Assembly (NCBI GenBank): GCA_943704425.1
Contig: CALSCP010001313.1
Span: forward strand, 1-64,000
Direction: 5' to 3'
Origin: Ministeria vibrans ATCC 50519
Taxonomy: Eukaryota; Protista; Filasterea
Length of the DNA stretch: 64,000 nucleotides
The notes below the pieces were generated by a model. The model searched no databases and was not told the origin of the DNA. It saw nothing but the letters and a program-made list of their open reading frames with translations. The translations under genes were made by a program, and so were the position numbers. Shown here in pieces: positions 61,623-64,000 of the stretch (position 1 is the first letter of the stretch; each line of letters opens with the position of its first letter).

Positions 61623-63525
61623 TATATTAATTATAATAATTATAATAGAGAGACGCCCACCCCACTCACAGACACACACACATACACACACACACACACA
61701 CACAACGCAAACATACTACACTCACTTATTCAGCACGACGCACACTCAAAAATATATCATCTTCATTAAATGTGTGTCTTTGCCACCCCAAGATTACAAG
61801 TACATTTGGCCCGACATGCGGTTCGGAGAGTGCGCTGATCTGATGTCGGATGAGGCGGTATGGCGGGCGGTGGCGAACGAGCGCGATCGACGGGATGTCT
61901 TTGACGATGTGGTGCGGCAACTAAAGCGACAACACCACGAGCGCGATCTGGAGCTGCGTCGCGAACGGTGGGTGCTCATTCGACGGGTCATTCTGAGTTT
62001 TGAACAATTTGATGCGCACACGCCATGGGCGACAGCACGCCCCCTCATTCTGGCGCATGCTGATCTGCAGCCTGTGGCGGCACGCGGGAAGAAACTAGTC
62101 GAGGTGGAGGCAGAGGAAGAGGGAGGGGCGCCGTCGATGCGCGAGGTGGACGAGGACGAAGACGAGGCGGTGACGCGCCAGCGGACCGTCATGAAAGACT
62201 TTCATGAACTCGATGTGCTTGTTGTGTGGGAGGAGGTGTCGCTTGAACGTGGCCGTGAGGAGGAGACGGTTATTCGCAAGGCACGCGATGTCGAGCGTAC
62301 TCGCCAGCGCACCAACCGTGAGGCATTTCTGTCGCTTTTGGAAACGCTCGAGGCGGACCGTCGCATTCATGCCTCGTCCACCTGGAAGGAAACCTACCCG
62401 CTCATTCGCGACGATGCGCGCGTTGACGCTATGCTCGGCCAGCCGGGCTCGTCTCCGCTTGATCTGTTCAAGTTGCGTGTGCAAGAGATGCGCGACCGTG
62501 TGACGCGTGGCGCGCGCGACATTCGCACACTCGTGCACCACTGCGCGCCCGACTTTGTCTTCAGCGCCCGAACCTCACTGGCGCAACTGGAGGAACTGTT
62601 GGCAGCAATTCCGTCTGTCAGCGCCGACGGCACAGCGGTGGCCCCAGCGGAGGCGGCGGCGGTGTCGTCGTCGTCGTCGTCGTCGTCGACCTCTGTCGCT
62701 GCACTTCCGACGCACATTGCCTCTCTTGTTGATCTGGTGCATCTACCGGTATTTTTGCGCGATCTCCCTATGGTATTTGAATACTTGCACGCCAAGGCTG
62801 AGCGCCGCGAAGAACAGGTTAGAACGGCTCTTAGTCGCGACTCGGAGCGCGTCAAGCGTCTTTTCCGACGGACTCTCGCACGCGCGGCCACGAGCGTACC
62901 CATCGACCCCAATGCAGTTCCGTCATGGGCCGAGTACCGCCTCAATCTCAGTGCCGATGTCAATCTTGTCTTGGCTGCCATTGGCGAGGAAGAGTGTGCG
63001 AGCCTCTTTGCCAACTTCCTCAAAAACATCCCCGAGCCGGGCGAGCTCGGCAGCGACGACGACAACGATGCCAACGGAGACGCCGACCCTGCGAGCAAGG
63101 TCATGATGGGCGCAGAAGTGACAGCGATCGTGTCAACAGGAGGTGGAGGAAAGAAGAAGGAGGAGTCGGGCGAAGTGGCCGCTGCCAAGCCCGTCTCGTC
63201 ACTCAACATCTTCGAAGAGTTCGGCAGCGACGACGAAGATCATGACGGACGCGACTATGGTAGTGACGATGGGGGCGGTGGGCGTCGTCGCTCGTCCTCG
63301 TCCTACGGCGGCGCTACTTCGTCGCGCCACAGCCATAGCTATCGTGAGCACAGCCACCGTGAGCACAGCCATCATCACCACCAGAGCGAACGTCACCGAC
63401 AAGGCCGTTCACACCACCGTCGCTCAAGTCGTTCTCCACCCCCTGCCTCGTACAAACGCTCTCGCCATGACTCGCGCGACCCCGATGACGACGTTGCTCG
63501 TTCAAAGCGCCAGCGTCCCGAATGA
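60692..63525 (+). CDS. PRPF40: Pre-mRNA processing factor 40 (2 WW + FF repeats, RS-like tail)
   Basis: [25 protein letters not shown]|P; [17 protein letters not shown]; [14 protein letters not shown]. Confidence 0.92.
61570..61647. repeat. (TAA)n microsatellite, intronic
   Basis: Direct inspection. Confidence 0.9.
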
Positions 63526-63662
63526 GAATGAGCCAATGAACTTAACAGCGCTTTGTTTTGTTGTCTTCTCTTGAATAGATTGCTACAGTTTCGTACAAAT
63601 TTCATTTTTCTTTTTGTTGTCTCAGTTTCAGTTTCAGTTGGTTGTTGTTGTGTGTCGTGCTC

Positions 63663-64000
63663 TCATCGAACAATTTTTTCTGGAGCATCGTCAGCGAGCT
63701 GTTGAGCGTTCGCTGGGTCGGGCATTAGAATCGCCGAAACATTCCCTGTGCTGTCGTTTAAGTCGACACTGTCGTTGGAGTCATGAGAGTCGACGAAGGG
63801 ACGACGCAAACTCTGGAGGAACTGTCGTTGTTGCTGCTGCAGAGCTGATTGTCGTTGCGAAGCGTCGAGTTGATCAAAGTGCACCAGGTGGCTTCGCGAA
63901 AGAGCCAAGGGAGAATAGGCGGGAGGCGGAGGGGGCGGAGGAGGACGCGTGAAGAGACCCTCAGTCAGGGCTCGTCGGGGTCTGGCAGGCGCAAACAAGT
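63663..64000 (-). CDS. 3' end of an unknown Pro/Gln-rich protein entering from beyond the window
   Basis: Open frame to the window edge, stop at 63663, convergent with PRPF40. Confidence 0.5.
   Translation of the reverse strand, partial: LFAPARPRRALTEGLFTRPPPPPPPPAYSPLALSRSHLVHFDQLDASQRQSALQQQQRQFLQSLRRPFVDSHDSNDSVDLNDSTGNVSAILMPDPANAQQLADDAPEKIVR

Overview
Gene-dense, intron-rich eukaryotic nuclear DNA with GT-AG introns, microsatellite-filled introns, mostly alternating strands and 100-300 bp divergent promoters. The gene repertoire (Tks4/5-like PX-SH3, ASPP-like, CSRNP, NAA80, POMK-like, KLF, ASXL-like, EGF/LamG) suggests a unicellular holozoan; that assignment is inference. About 29 protein genes were reconstructed by hand-splicing, and all family calls are motif recognition from memory, not database searches. 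No rRNA, tRNA or CRISPR array was seen. Notable points: (1) an intronless islet with a Nudix hydrolase and a fusion of a degenerate viral-type DNA methyltransferase domain to a fold-II PLP enzyme; (2) a convergent pair of type-II membrane enzymes, a WbdD-like SAM methyltransferase and a POMK-like kinase, a candidate phospho-methyl glycan-capping module; (3) genes cut exactly inside repeat-filled introns: IDH halves 45 kb apart on opposite strands, the last RPB5 exon displaced ~7 kb, and BRR2 truncated. This is most simply repeat-driven misassembly, but a real inversion is testable; (4) a pervasive intronic ACAAAGTGATA(GA)n minisatellite family, with one array showing an 8/16/184-bp hierarchy; (5) a CSRNP gene with 14 consecutive phase-0 introns; (6) a recurrent AGTCA/TGACT promoter motif.
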